The notes: generated by a model from the sequence alone, not told the origin. A stretch of 64,000 nucleotides of DNA from Candidatus Collierbacteria bacterium (GCA_016219325.1 JACRNH010000003.1:45123-109122); one strand, 5' to 3'; counted from the first letter of the stretch, positions 41,170 through 52,169 are shown. A program made the numbers and translations.

Positions 41170-43476
41170 ATGCCCGAGAAACTTCCGCTGGTTATTGATT
41201 TTAAGAAAGTTGATAAAGACGATATTCTCTTGGTCGGGGGTAAAGGCGCCAATTTAGGAGAAATGACCAAGGCCGGATTTCCGGTTCCGCCGGGATTTGT
41301 AGTTACTTCCGCTTCGTATTGGAAGTTTTTGGCAGACAATCATTTAAGGACTAAAATTTCTGAATTGCTGAAAAGTCTGGATGTCAGGAAATCTGATGAA
41401 TTGGCCCGGGTCAGCCGTCAAATTAAAGAAATGATCGTTCACAGTCCGATTCCGGAAGAAGTTTCCCAAAAAATAATTAAGTCATATTTGGAATTGGGAA
41501 ATAATGCTTTGGTGGCGGTCAGATCATCGGCTACGGCAGAAGATCTCCCGGATGCCAGTTTCGCCGGCCAGCAGGATTCATTTTTGAATGTTGTCGGCGA
41601 ATCGAATGTAGTTGATTTTGTCAGAAAAGCCTGGGCCAGCTTATTTAATCCCAGGGCGATTTTTTATAGGGAACAGAAAAACTTTGACCATTTTAAGGTT
41701 GGGATCGCGGTTCCGGTCCAGAAAATGATTCAGTCGGAAGTTTCCGGAGTGATGTTCACCATCAATCCGGTAAGTCAGGATAAGTCGTCAGTTGTAATTG
41801 AAGCAATTTTCGGTTTGGGGGAAATGATTGTTCAGGGGGCAGTTACTCCAGACCATTATGAGGTTCTAAAGAGGAATTTGGAAATCGTCAAAAAGTCAGT
41901 TAACCGCCAAACAAAAATAATGATTAAGACGATCAAAGACCATGCGGCAGGTAATGAAGTTAAATCTCTACCGGCCTGGAAGCAAACCACCCAAAAACTT
42001 CAGGATAAATATATTGTTGAAGTGGCTAAATTGGGAATGGATTTATATCAACATTATTTTTTCCCCCAAGACGTGGAATGGGCCTTGGAAAAAGGCAAAA
42101 TTTATATTATCCAGACCCGGCCGATTACGACGCTTGATAATAAAATTTACTCGGAGGAGAGCGGGAAAATTGCCACTAAGGGGTTAACAAAAATTTTAAG
42201 CGGCGAACCGGCCAGTCCGGGATTGGTTTCCGGTCCGGTCAGGCTGATTAAATCAGTTAAGGAAATTCATAATGTTAAACCCGGAGATATTTTAGTCATG
42301 GAAATGACCAGTCCGGATTTTGTGCCGGCGATGCGCAAAGCCGTAGCTGTGGTTACCGATCAGGGCGGCCAAACATCTCATGCCGCGATTGTCAGCCGGG
42401 AATTGGGAGTTGTTTGCGTAGTCGGAACCCAAATTGCCACCAAGAAATTAAAAAGCGGTTCGATAGTAACTGTGAATGGTGTTAGCGGGGAAGTGTTTGC
42501 CGGAGGAATAAGTAATAAGCCAATAACCCAATACTCCAATAAGCCAATAACCCAATCAGAAGAGATATCAGAAAAAATTAAATTTGATACTTTAAAAACT
42601 GCCACCAAGGTTTATGTTAATCTGGCCGAGCCGGAATTGGCCGAAAAGATCGCGGCCGAAAATGTGGATGGAATAGGATTATTAAGAGCCGAATTTATGA
42701 TTGCCCAAATCGGAGTTCACCCCAAAAAATTTATTCAGGACAAGAAAACCCATGAATTTGTCGCTGCTTTAAAAACTGATCTGACAAAATTTGTTGAGGC
42801 TTTTTATCCCCGGCCGGTAGTTTACCGGGCCACGGATTTCAGAACCAATGAATACCGGAATTTGAAAGGCGGGGACCGTTTCGAGCCGATTGAGCCGAAC
42901 CCGATGTTGGGTTTCCGGGGAGCGTCAAGATATATTACCGATTCCGAGGTTTTTGAATTGGAATTAAAAGCCATCAGGGAAGTCAGGGAAAAATTCCCGA
43001 ATTTGCATCTGATGATTCCGTTTGTCAGAAACGTTAATGAGTTGAAAGAAGTTAAAAAAATTGTTTACGGAACGGGCTTGCGCCGGAACCAGAATTTTCA
43101 ATTTTGGATGATGGCAGAACTGCCGGTCAACGTGATTTTAATTGATGATTTTATTGACGTTGGAATTGACGGGATTTCCATTGGAACCAATGATTTGACA
43201 ATGTTAACTTTGGGAACTGACCGCGACAACGAAACTGTGGCCAAGGCTTATGACGAATTAAACTCGGCGGTACTCTGGTCATTGGAACGGTTGATTACGA
43301 CTGCGACCAAAAGAGGCGTTACCAGTTCCATCTGCGGACAGGCCCCGAGCATTTATCCGGAGCTGGTGGAAAAATTGGTTAAATGGGGGATTACCAGCGT
43401 TTCCATCGCTCCCGATAGAATTAATCCTACCAGGAAATTAGTTTATGAAGCGGAAAGGAAAAATTTATGTCATTAA
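41170..43476 (+). CDS. ppsA: Phosphoenolpyruvate synthase
   Basis: VGGKGANLGEM, AVRSSATAEDLP.ASFAGQQ, GG.TSHAAIVSRE, E.NPMLGFRG, SICGQAPS. Confidence 0.97.
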   Translation: MPEKLPLVIDFKKVDKDDILLVGGKGANLGEMTKAGFPVPPGFVVTSASYWKFLADNHLRTKISELLKSLDVRKSDELARVSRQIKEMIVHSPIPEEVSQKIIKSYLELGNNALVAVRSSATAEDLPDASFAGQQDSFLNVVGESNVVDFVRKAWASLFNPRAIFYREQKNFDHFKVGIAVPVQKMIQSEVSGVMFTINPVSQDKSSVVIEAIFGLGEMIVQGAVTPDHYEVLKRNLEIVKKSVNRQTKIMIKTIKDHAAGNEVKSLPAWKQTTQKLQDKYIVEVAKLGMDLYQHYFFPQDVEWALEKGKIYIIQTRPITTLDNKIYSEESGKIATKGLTKILSGEPASPGLVSGPVRLIKSVKEIHNVKPGDILVMEMTSPDFVPAMRKAVAVVTDQGGQTSHAAIVSRELGVVCVVGTQIATKKLKSGSIVTVNGVSGEVFAGGISNKPITQYSNKPITQSEEISEKIKFDTLKTATKVYVNLAEPELAEKIAAENVDGIGLLRAEFMIAQIGVHPKKFIQDKKTHEFVAALKTDLTKFVEAFYPRPVVYRATDFRTNEYRNLKGGDRFEPIEPNPMLGFRGASRYITDSEVFELELKAIREVREKFPNLHLMIPFVRNVNELKEVKKIVYGTGLRRNQNFQFWMMAELPVNVILIDDFIDVGIDGISIGTNDLTMLTLGTDRDNETVAKAYDELNSAVLWSLERLITTATKRGVTSSICGQAPSIYPELVEKLVKWGITSVSIAPDRINPTRKLVYEAERKNLCH

Positions 43477-44717
43477 TCAAATCCATCCAGGCCCGCCAGA
43501 TTCTTGATTCCCGCGGAATCCCGACGGTTGAAGCATTACTAACCGCAGATGACGGTTATTCGGCAATTGCTTCAATCCCATCAGGGACCTCAACCGGTTC
43601 TCATGAAGCCAAGGAATTAAGAGACGCGGATCCTTTGGTTTATCAGGGATCAGGAGTATTAAAAGCAGTTGAGAATATCAACAGAATTTTAGCTCCGGCT
43701 TTAATTGGCAAGGATCCGACTAGGCAAACCGAGATTGATCAAATATTGATTGATCTTGATGGAACCGCTGATAAAAACCGTTTAGGAGCGAACGCGATTT
43801 TGGCTGCCTCACAGGGAGTTTGTGAACTGGGGGCTGCAGTAACGGGTTATCCGACTTATAAATATTTGCACTTGAAATACCGGCTGTCCGAAAGATTGGA
43901 TATGCCAACTCCGATTTTTAATGTCATCAACGGCGGCAAGCACGGGACCGGCAATCTGGACTTTCAGGAATTCCACGTAATTCCGGCCACAAATAAAACT
44001 TATAGCCAAGCTTTGGAGTGCGGAGAAGTAATTTATCAGATATTAGGTGACGTTTTGGCCCATCGCGGAGCCATCAGATCTGTTGGAGTTGAAGGCGGAT
44101 ACGCTCCGAATTTATTTACCAACACCGAGGCTCTGGAATTGATTTTTGAGTCCGTCAGGCAATCCGGATTTGAATTTGCCCGGGATGTGTTTTTGGGACT
44201 GGATGTAGCGGCAACATCATTTTATAACGGTCATTCATACGCTATCCGGGATAAGTCTCAAGCGCTGTCCAGATCGGAACTTTTGGAATTCTACCGGGAA
44301 ATAAATGATAAATTTCATCTTTTTGGATTGGAAGATCCGTTTGCCGAAGATGATCTTGAAGGCTGGAAACAAATTACGGCTGCTATGGCCCGGCAGACAA
44401 TTATTATCGGAGACGATTTATTAACAACCAATAAACAGAGAACTAAGGATGCCGTTGATAAACAATTATGTACCGGAATTTTAGTTAAACCCAATCAAAT
44501 TGGGACAATCTCCGAAACAATAGAAGTCATCAAAATAGCTTTGGCGGCGAAGTGGCATATCGTGGTGTCGCACCGGTCGGGAGAAACAAATGACGATTTT
44601 ATCGCTGATTTCGCGGTTGGTGTTAACGCTAATCATGTTAAATTCGGGGCGCCGGCAAGAGGGGAAAGAGTGGCGAAGTACAATAGGTTGCTGCAAATAG
44701 AAGAGGAGCTTAAATAG
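43467..44717 (+). CDS. eno: Enolase
   Basis: ILDSRG.PTVE, PSG.STG..EA.ELRD, KPNQIG, SHRSGET, RGERVAKYNRLL.IE. Confidence 0.97.
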   Translation: MSLIKSIQARQILDSRGIPTVEALLTADDGYSAIASIPSGTSTGSHEAKELRDADPLVYQGSGVLKAVENINRILAPALIGKDPTRQTEIDQILIDLDGTADKNRLGANAILAASQGVCELGAAVTGYPTYKYLHLKYRLSERLDMPTPIFNVINGGKHGTGNLDFQEFHVIPATNKTYSQALECGEVIYQILGDVLAHRGAIRSVGVEGGYAPNLFTNTEALELIFESVRQSGFEFARDVFLGLDVAATSFYNGHSYAIRDKSQALSRSELLEFYREINDKFHLFGLEDPFAEDDLEGWKQITAAMARQTIIIGDDLLTTNKQRTKDAVDKQLCTGILVKPNQIGTISETIEVIKIALAAKWHIVVSHRSGETNDDFIADFAVGVNANHVKFGAPARGERVAKYNRLLQIEEELK

Positions 44718-44800
44718 AATGAGTAATGAGTAGAAAGTAGAAAGTAATGAAAATAATCAGTTGCCATTACTCATTATTTTCTACTCATTATTTCTTATTT
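44718..44800. repeat. Intergenic inverted-arm heptamer repeat (same family as 31256-31330)
   Basis: aatgagtaatgagtagaaagtagaaagtaatg ... cattactcattattttctactcattatttc. Confidence 0.85.
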
Positions 44801-44807
44801 ATAAACA

Positions 44808-46430
44808 ATGAATCGTCCTGTAGTTCTAGTCATTCTCGACGGCTGGGGAATCGGATCTCCGGGTCCGGGAAATGCCATAACTTTGGCCAATACTCCGGCT
44901 ATAAATAAACTGAAAGCCGGTTTTCCGTCAACCCAGTTGGCCGCGGCCGGAGAATCGGTTGGTTTGCCTCACGGCGAAGACGGAAATACCGAAACCGGCC
45001 ATTTAAATCTGGGAGCCGGCCAAATTGTTTATCAGGATTTGCCGCGGATAAATATGGCTATAGCTGACGGAACTTTTTTTAATAATTCTGCTTTCTTAAA
45101 CGCGGTTGAACATATCCAGAGAACTAAAGGCGATCTTCATTTTCTGGGGCTGGTTGGCTCAGGGGGAGTTCATAGCAATATAGAACACCTGTATGCTTTG
45201 ATGAGGTTTGCCAAGCAAAACGGAATAGGACAAGTTTACTTGCATTTAATTACGGATGGCCGTGATTCTCCGCCGACTTCAGCCTTGACTTATATTGCCC
45301 AAATTAAGCAGCATATAGGATCGGTGGGAGTTGGACAAATTGTGAGCGTAATGGGCAGATATTGGGCTATGGACCGTGATCACCGCTGGGAGAGAACTGC
45401 TGTGGCTTATAAAGCGTTGACTAAAGGCGAAGCAGAAAAAGCATTTTCGCCGGAAGAAGCAATAAAAAATTCATATGCCGCCGGCAAAACCGATGAGTTT
45501 ATAGGCCCGACTATAATTGTTGATGAATCAAATAATCCGATTACGTTGATAAAAGGGAACGACGCCGTGATTTTCTTTAATTTCAGGATTGACCGTCCCC
45601 GTCAATTAACCAAAGCTTTTGTCCTGCAGAATTTTCAGAAGGAAGCAGCCAAAGAAGAATTTGATCCGTTCGCAGTTAAGTATCACCAAAAACATTTGAT
45701 GGATAAACAACCGGAGGCATCGCTTTTTGAGCGCGGAAACCAGTTGCAGAATCTATATTTTGTGACCATGACTAGGTATGAAGAGAATTTAGCAGTGGAT
45801 GTGGCATTTCCGCCGCAATTTATCCCTATGCCTCTGGGCAGAGTCCTCTCTGAAAAAGGCTTGAGGCAGTTGAGATTGGCAGAAACCGAAAAAGAAAGGT
45901 TTGTGACATATTATTTTAATGGTCAAAGGGAAACTGCCTTTGACGGAGAAGACCGGCAGATGGTGGAAAGTCCAAAAGTGGCAACCTATGATCTGAAACC
46001 GGAAATGTCAACTCCGGAACTTTCCGACATGTTGAGGAAAAAAATCCGCAGCGGTATTTATGATTTTATTTTAGTTAACGTGGCCTGTCCGGACATGGTT
46101 GCTCATACCGGGAATCTTGAGGCGTCAATTAAAGCTTGTGAAGCGGCGGATAAATTTGTGGATATTGCCCTTCAGGAGACTTTGGGGGCCGACGGAGTTT
46201 TGTTGGTGACTGCCGATCACGGCAATGCCGAGGAGTTGATAAATTCGATTACAAATCAGCCGGATACGGAACATTCCGTCTCGGATGTTCCATTATATAT
46301 TGCCGGCCGTCAATATCAGGGAAAACCGGCCAGACTTCAATCCGGGATTTTAGCTGATGTAGCCCCGACTATTTTAAAAATAATGGGAATCGAAAAACCG
46401 CAGTCCATGAATGGAAGGAGCCTGTTGTAA
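44808..46430 (+). CDS. gpmI: 2,3-bisphosphoglycerate-independent phosphoglycerate mutase
   Basis: LVILDGWG, GNTETGH, DGRD, GRYWAMDRD, AETEK, DMVAHTG, TADHGNAE. Confidence 0.97.
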   Translation: MNRPVVLVILDGWGIGSPGPGNAITLANTPAINKLKAGFPSTQLAAAGESVGLPHGEDGNTETGHLNLGAGQIVYQDLPRINMAIADGTFFNNSAFLNAVEHIQRTKGDLHFLGLVGSGGVHSNIEHLYALMRFAKQNGIGQVYLHLITDGRDSPPTSALTYIAQIKQHIGSVGVGQIVSVMGRYWAMDRDHRWERTAVAYKALTKGEAEKAFSPEEAIKNSYAAGKTDEFIGPTIIVDESNNPITLIKGNDAVIFFNFRIDRPRQLTKAFVLQNFQKEAAKEEFDPFAVKYHQKHLMDKQPEASLFERGNQLQNLYFVTMTRYEENLAVDVAFPPQFIPMPLGRVLSEKGLRQLRLAETEKERFVTYYFNGQRETAFDGEDRQMVESPKVATYDLKPEMSTPELSDMLRKKIRSGIYDFILVNVACPDMVAHTGNLEASIKACEAADKFVDIALQETLGADGVLLVTADHGNAEELINSITNQPDTEHSVSDVPLYIAGRQYQGKPARLQSGILADVAPTILKIMGIEKPQSMNGRSLL

Positions 46431-48146
46431 ATGACAACTTCAATTCCCAAAATCACCGTCAAGGATAAACAGCTTAAGTTTAAGCCGAATGTGGCGAATT
46501 ACGAAGCAGCATACCGGGATTACAATCTAAATAAGCTGATCAAAGATAATATTGTTTTATTCCCGGAAAATAAAATTAATGCTGCTTATAATGCTGTTGA
46601 CCGCCAGATCTTAGGTCCAAGGAAGAATAAAATTGCTTTATATCTTCTCGATCAGGAATTAAAAGAAACAAAACTGACTTTTTTTGAGCTTTATCAATTG
46701 TCCAACCGATTTGGAAATCTATTGAAATCGTTAGGGGTTGGCCGCGGCGACAGGGTATTTTTCTTTCTACCCAGAATTCCGGAACTTTTCTATGGATTTT
46801 TAGGGACATTGAAAGTCGGAGCTGTGGCCGGAACCATGTTTTCGGCTTTTGGAGTTCAGGCCTTAATTGACAGGTTAGCAGATAGCGCTGCCAAAGTTGT
46901 CGTCACCAATAAAGAATTATTGCCGAGAATAAAAGATGCCAAAAAGAATTTGCCGAAATTAGAGAAAATATTGGTAGTTGAAGATTTTGTCCCGGAATTG
47001 TCAAAGTTTTCCGATGAACTTCATGTGGCGCGAATGGATATAGACGATCCGGCGTTTATGCTTTATACATCCGGAACTACCGGCAAACCTAAGGGTGTAG
47101 TCCATTCACACAGGGCGATTATTCAGGAGCATCTGACATCAAAATGGGTTTTGGACTTAAAAGAAGACGACACCTATTGGTGCACCGCCGACCCCGGCTG
47201 GGTTACCGGTATTGCTTACGAAATTTTGGGATCGTTAAGTAACGGCGCGGCAACGGTGGTTTATTCCGGGCGGTTCGATCCGGCTACCTGGTACAAAATA
47301 ATTGAGAAATATAGAGTATCCGTGTGGTATACGGCTCCGACAGCCATCAGAATGCTTCAGGCCGCCGGGAAAGAGGCGATTGCCAAAACGGATTTATCAT
47401 CCCTGCGGCACATTTTAAGTGTCGGTGAGCCGCTGAACCCGGAGCCTTTATTGTGGGCTAAAAAAACGTACGGTTTGGCGTTTCATGACACTTGGTGGCA
47501 GACAGAGACAGGAGCAATTATGATTGCCAATTTCCCTTGTCTGCCGATAAAGCCCGGATCAATGGGCCATCCGGTTCCCGGAGTAACCGCAGCCATCGTT
47601 GACGATAACGGAAAGCCTGTTAAACCTATGATAGAAGGCAATTTGGCAATTAAGAAGGGTTGGCCGTCAATGATGAAGACGATCTGGCGCCGGCCAAAAA
47701 AATATGAATCGTATTTTATCGGGGAATGGTATATTTCCGGCGATCGGGGATATATGGATTACGACAGTTATTTTTGGTTTGTGGGGCGGGCTGACGATGT
47801 GATTAAAACCGCGGGGGAAAGAGTCGGTCCGTTTGAAGTGGAATCGGCCTTGGTGGCTTATCCCGGAGTTACGGAAGCCGGAGTTATCGGTAAGCCTGAT
47901 CCGATTCGGGGACAGATTATTAAAGCCTTTGTGACATTAAATAAAGATGTTAAACCATCCCAAGCTTTGGTGGTTAAGCTTCAGGAATTTGTCAAAAAAT
48001 ATCTGGCCGGCCACGCGTATCCTAAAGAAATTGAATTTGTTAAATCTTTGCCAAAAACCCGTTCCGGCAAAATCATGCGCCGGATGTTAAGGGCAAAAGA
48101 ACTTGGGCTTCCGATCGGAGACACTTCAACTTTAGAAGAATATTAG
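46431..48146 (+). CDS. acsA: Acetate--CoA ligase (AMP-forming)
   Basis: YTSGTTGKPKG, DTWWQTETG, GRADDVIK, LPKTRSGKIMRR. Confidence 0.93.
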   Translation: MTTSIPKITVKDKQLKFKPNVANYEAAYRDYNLNKLIKDNIVLFPENKINAAYNAVDRQILGPRKNKIALYLLDQELKETKLTFFELYQLSNRFGNLLKSLGVGRGDRVFFFLPRIPELFYGFLGTLKVGAVAGTMFSAFGVQALIDRLADSAAKVVVTNKELLPRIKDAKKNLPKLEKILVVEDFVPELSKFSDELHVARMDIDDPAFMLYTSGTTGKPKGVVHSHRAIIQEHLTSKWVLDLKEDDTYWCTADPGWVTGIAYEILGSLSNGAATVVYSGRFDPATWYKIIEKYRVSVWYTAPTAIRMLQAAGKEAIAKTDLSSLRHILSVGEPLNPEPLLWAKKTYGLAFHDTWWQTETGAIMIANFPCLPIKPGSMGHPVPGVTAAIVDDNGKPVKPMIEGNLAIKKGWPSMMKTIWRRPKKYESYFIGEWYISGDRGYMDYDSYFWFVGRADDVIKTAGERVGPFEVESALVAYPGVTEAGVIGKPDPIRGQIIKAFVTLNKDVKPSQALVVKLQEFVKKYLAGHAYPKEIEFVKSLPKTRSGKIMRRMLRAKELGLPIGDTSTLEEY

Positions 48147-48454
48147 ATTTATTTCAGCGGGACAACTCGTCTAACAGAACAAGTCCCATTTGACTATCAA
48201 TTGAATCGACGGCTCTGCGTATAGCAGCTATATCGTCTTTTCCATCTGTAAGTTCTCCTGCGGCAATCACTCTTTCTCCCCAAATAGTGGATAAAGGAAT
48301 TGCTCCAATAATTTGAGATCTTCCTTTTTTACCACAGCAAGGCTCTTTTTGCAAAATTTAATTTAACTGTCTGCGCGTGAAGTTCCCGAAACTTAACAAC
48401 GCTAACAACGATAGAAGTTATTCCCTAGATTATTCATATTGGTTATAAAAGATT

Positions 48455-48543
48455 TGTTAATACTTTGTTACGATCGTGAGGAAGTATTAACAAATGGTTT
48501 GATTGTGTCAATACTCTATTACTGGAGTGCAAAAGTATTGACA
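48455..48543. promoter_or_regulatory. Two tandem spaced inverted-repeat sites TGTYAATACT-N18-AGTATTRACA
   Basis: Arms at 48455-64/48483-92 and 48506-15/48534-43; spacers have the same 18-nt length but different sequence. Confidence 0.6.
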
Positions 48544-48621
48544 ATTTTATAGGTTTTTGTTTGGAATAAAGCAGAGTGCATATTTTTGCATACTCTTAAA
48601 CATTCAGATATCGAATATTTA

Positions 48622-49257
48622 TTATATTTTAAAGTTTTCAACTTGTTTAAAAATCCGTTCAACCCCAGAAGGAATAGCAAACATGGAATTCAATAAATCA
48701 TTTCCTTTAGTTACATCCAGGAGATCACTTACTAATCTTCCGGATTTTCTCTCAAGCTTCTTAAGAAAAAAATTCAAGCGTTCATTTCCTGCCTCTTTTA
48801 TTCTTTCATATCTTTCAATTGCTGCATTTCTATTTATCCTATTTTCTTCATATTCGGTTGAGACGGTTTTCCAAATTGCTGACACCAGGAATTTTTTGGA
48901 TTCTGAACAACTGGTAGACTCCGCAGAATCTCTTTCTTTACCTATAGCGTTGTCCCGAAAAACCAAATAGCTGTCCAATTGACTTTGAGTAAATCCCAGT
49001 TCGTTCATAACGCGGGATTTTTCTTTCTGAGATAAACCGCCATCTAATCTATTCCACGATGGGATATTCAGCACTTCAATTAAATAATCAAAACCATATC
49101 TTCCTAAACTCATATTTAACTCTTTAATTAAAATGGATTGACCGTTGGAATTGTATAAACCTATTCTTTTCGAGATATCACCAGAAAACCAGTCAGAAGC
49201 ATTAGCCTTTAATTTCTCTGTCAGATTTATTTCAATTGTTTGTTGTATTTCACTCAT
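48622..49257 (-). CDS. Hypothetical protein
   Basis: 211-aa AT-rich ATG ORF; no recognised motif. Confidence 0.6.
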   Translation of the reverse strand: MSEIQQTIEINLTEKLKANASDWFSGDISKRIGLYNSNGQSILIKELNMSLGRYGFDYLIEVLNIPSWNRLDGGLSQKEKSRVMNELGFTQSQLDSYLVFRDNAIGKERDSAESTSCSESKKFLVSAIWKTVSTEYEENRINRNAAIERYERIKEAGNERLNFFLKKLERKSGRLVSDLLDVTKGNDLLNSMFAIPSGVERIFKQVENFKI

Positions 49258-49301
49258 AACTTTTTATTCAAGAATTTGTTTTCCGAGTATAAGGTAAAAA
49301 C

Positions 49302-49604
49302 TTACGAAACAGATATTAATTGTTGTTCGACTTTTTCAATTCTATCTTCCAAATTAGAAATATCAGCGTGAGACGGCGTCAGAATTTGTTCTTGACGAAT
49401 TGTTTCTAATTCTTTCATCATTTTATCCATAGACATGAAAAAATCATCTTTTCCCAGAAATTTCCGTTCCAATCTATCTATGGCCTCCAGGAATTCACCT
49501 TTTGTGATAAAAATACTGGTTAATCTATCTATAGTTTTCAGGAATTCATCTTTTGTTAGAAAATTTTTCTTTAGCTTGGAGATATCGCCGGAAGTCAATA
49601 GCAT
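49302..49604 (-). CDS. Small coiled-coil protein with 17-aa F-x-TK-x-EF repeats
   Basis: FLTKDEFLKTIDRLTSI / FITKGEFLEAIDRLERK / FLGKDDFF; 51-nt internal repeat. Confidence 0.7.
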   Translation of the reverse strand: MLLTSGDISKLKKNFLTKDEFLKTIDRLTSIFITKGEFLEAIDRLERKFLGKDDFFMSMDKMMKELETIRQEQILTPSHADISNLEDRIEKVEQQLISVS

Positions 49605-49612
49605 ATTTCTAT

Positions 49613-50326
49613 CTAACCATTATCGGCAGGCGGTGTCAATACTAAAGTAAACTCACCTTTTAATCTCACTTTGTCTTCATTCAACCAAGAAATAACTTCT
49701 TCAGGAGTGCCGTTTTTGTGCTCTTCAAACATTTTCGTCATTTCGCGGGCAAGGCTGATTTTAACTTCCGGGCCAAAAATTTCAGCCACATTTTCAAGAG
49801 TTTTCAATATCTGATATTTGGAAACATAAACTACAATGCCCACCGGTTCATCGAGAGCCAAACCGGCATCTTTAAGTTTTGCCAACGAATTTTTTTGAGC
49901 GCCGGATTTCTTAGGCAAGAATCCGGCCAGAATTAATCTTTTGGTTGACAATCCACTGGTGACGGCGGCTGACAGGGCGGCGTTGAAGCCCGGGACATGC
50001 TTGACAGTAATTTCAGAAGTTACGGCTATCTCAACCAAAGCTAAGCCGGGGTCGCTGATCAGGGGTGTCCCGGCATTACAAACCAGGCTGATGTCTCTTC
50101 CGGCTTTTAAATCTTCAATTGCTTGGGCCATAACAGTTGTTCCCAAACTACCCTTTCCGATGAATTTCTTGAGCCTAGCCGTAGAAGTAAGTCTTCTGGT
50201 TTGTTCGGTTGACTCGCACAGAATGTAAGCCGATGATTCCAACGTTTGTTTGGCTCTTGGAGCCAAATCATCTAAATTGCCAATCGGGGTGGAGACTATA
50301 TATAGTGTGCCGGTAGACGAAAGCAT
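49613..50326 (-). CDS. rsmI: 16S rRNA (cytidine1402-2'-O)-methyltransferase
   Basis: TLYIVSTPIGNL.D, AGTPLISDPG, GFLPKK, AREMTK.FEE, GEFTLV. Confidence 0.92.
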   Translation of the reverse strand: MLSSTGTLYIVSTPIGNLDDLAPRAKQTLESSAYILCESTEQTRRLTSTARLKKFIGKGSLGTTVMAQAIEDLKAGRDISLVCNAGTPLISDPGLALVEIAVTSEITVKHVPGFNAALSAAVTSGLSTKRLILAGFLPKKSGAQKNSLAKLKDAGLALDEPVGIVVYVSKYQILKTLENVAEIFGPEVKISLAREMTKMFEEHKNGTPEEVISWLNEDKVRLKGEFTLVLTPPADNG

Positions 50327-50399
50327 GAAGTTATTATATATTGAAAGTAAGGAAGTCAGCGAAACAGAATCTGTTGACAGAAGTTTCGCAGACTTTAAT

Positions 50400-52169
50400 A
50401 TGAAATCTGAAATATCCATTAAAGTCGGCGGGCCGGCCGGGGCGGGGGTTAAATCAGTCGGGCAGATATTGGCTAAAACTTTACAAAGATCTGGTTTTCA
50501 GGTATTTGAGTATCCGGAATATCCGAGTTTAATCCGCGGCGGGCATAATACTGAATTGGTGCAGGCTTCACTCGGAGAAAAATATTCCCTCACAAAACCG
50601 GTGGATTTACTGATCGCTCTTGACGATAAAACCCTGAAATTAGATTTGCCGGAAGTTGTTTCCGGCGGAATGGTAATTTTCGATTCCAAAATTGAATTTA
50701 AGCCAAGTCCCTCCAAAATTATCTATTTATCTATTCCGCTGTCTGATATCGCTCAAAAATTAGGAAATCCGTTGATGGCCAATGTAGTGGCGGTTGGCGC
50801 GGGATTGAAAGTCATGGGATTAAGTACTTTAATGACATCCAAATTGCTGACTGATCAGTTTTTTAAAAAAGGCCCTGATGTTGTCGCGGCAAATATTAAA
50901 GCCCTCGAAGCCGGTTGGAACTTTGTTAAAGAAAAAGGCTTCAAACCTATTTTGGATTCTGTGGATGTGAAGCCTTCAAATAATTTAATGATGACTGGAA
51001 ACGAAGCATTATCTTTAGGAGCAATCTCTGCCGGATTGGGTCTGTACGCCGCGTATCCGATGACTCCGTCAACCCCGATTCTGCATTATTTATCTGCTCA
51101 TCAGCAGGAATTTGGGTACGTTGTCCGGCAGGCGGAAGACGAAATATCCGCCGTCAATATGATAATAGGCGCGATGCACATGGGCGTGAGGGCGATGTGC
51201 GGAACTTCCGGCGGGGGATTTGCTTTAATGAACGAATCTTTGGCTTTAGCGGGGATGACGGAAACGCCGTTGGTAGTTGTCCTTGTTCAACGTCCGGGTC
51301 CGGCGACCGGCTTGCCAACCTGGACTGAACAGGGAGAACTGCAATACGCGATTCATGCCGCTCATGGGGAATTTTTAAAATTTGTTTTAGCCCCCGGGGA
51401 TAACAGGGAAATATTCCAAATGGCTTTTGAAGCTTTTAATTTAGCGGAAAGATATCAGACGCCGGCGATTATTATGCTGGATAAATTTCTATCGGAATCT
51501 TCCATGACCTGCGGAAACTTATTTCCCGACAAATTTACCATTGACAGAGGTAAAATTTCTGATCCGCTTAAATTAAAAAGGACACAAAATTATCAGCGTT
51601 ATCAGTTAACGGACGACGGTATTTCCGAAAGAAGTTTGCCGGGAATGGAAGGTGGAGTATTTTGCGCTAACTCCGACGAGCATGAGTACCATGGACTGGT
51701 TGACGAATCTTCTTCAATGAGAATTTGGCAAGTTGATAAGAGATTAAAGAAAATGGATGCGGCAGCAAAAATGATGCCGGGACCTAAATTTATTGGACCA
51801 AAGAACGCTAAAATTACCATTGTGGCTTGGGGATCGGGAAAATTGGCAGGGATAGAAACGATGGAGATGATAAACAATGAGCAGAAAACAAAGAACAATG
51901 AACAAAGAGTCAAAAACAGAGTAAACGTTTTACACTTTAGCTACCTCTGGCCGATGAATGTCAAGGCGGTAAGCGAAGCTCTGAAAAATTGCGCTCCTTC
52001 AACGTTATTGATTGAGCAAAATGCAACCGGACAATTTCAGGCATTATTAAAAGAGCAAATTGGTTGGGAACCAACGGCCCATTTAAGGAAGTACGATGGC
52101 AGGCCTTTTTACGCGGAAGAAATTATTGGAAAGATTGATAAATTAGTTAATGGATTAATGGATTCATGA
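50400..52169 (+). CDS. 2-oxoacid:ferredoxin oxidoreductase alpha subunit (gamma-alpha fused)
   Basis: EYPSLIRGGHN, YPMTPS, QAEDEI, TSGGGFALM, QRPGPATG.PT, EQNATGQ, YDGRP. Confidence 0.95.
   Translation: MKSEISIKVGGPAGAGVKSVGQILAKTLQRSGFQVFEYPEYPSLIRGGHNTELVQASLGEKYSLTKPVDLLIALDDKTLKLDLPEVVSGGMVIFDSKIEFKPSPSKIIYLSIPLSDIAQKLGNPLMANVVAVGAGLKVMGLSTLMTSKLLTDQFFKKGPDVVAANIKALEAGWNFVKEKGFKPILDSVDVKPSNNLMMTGNEALSLGAISAGLGLYAAYPMTPSTPILHYLSAHQQEFGYVVRQAEDEISAVNMIIGAMHMGVRAMCGTSGGGFALMNESLALAGMTETPLVVVLVQRPGPATGLPTWTEQGELQYAIHAAHGEFLKFVLAPGDNREIFQMAFEAFNLAERYQTPAIIMLDKFLSESSMTCGNLFPDKFTIDRGKISDPLKLKRTQNYQRYQLTDDGISERSLPGMEGGVFCANSDEHEYHGLVDESSSMRIWQVDKRLKKMDAAAKMMPGPKFIGPKNAKITIVAWGSGKLAGIETMEMINNEQKTKNNEQRVKNRVNVLHFSYLWPMNVKAVSEALKNCAPSTLLIEQNATGQFQALLKEQIGWEPTAHLRKYDGRPFYAEEIIGKIDKLVNGLMDS

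Noticed and set aside
48154-48354. 66-aa minus-strand ORF
   Set aside because: TTG start, no motif, and neighbouring frames are interrupted by stops; at best a decayed fragment, so not called.
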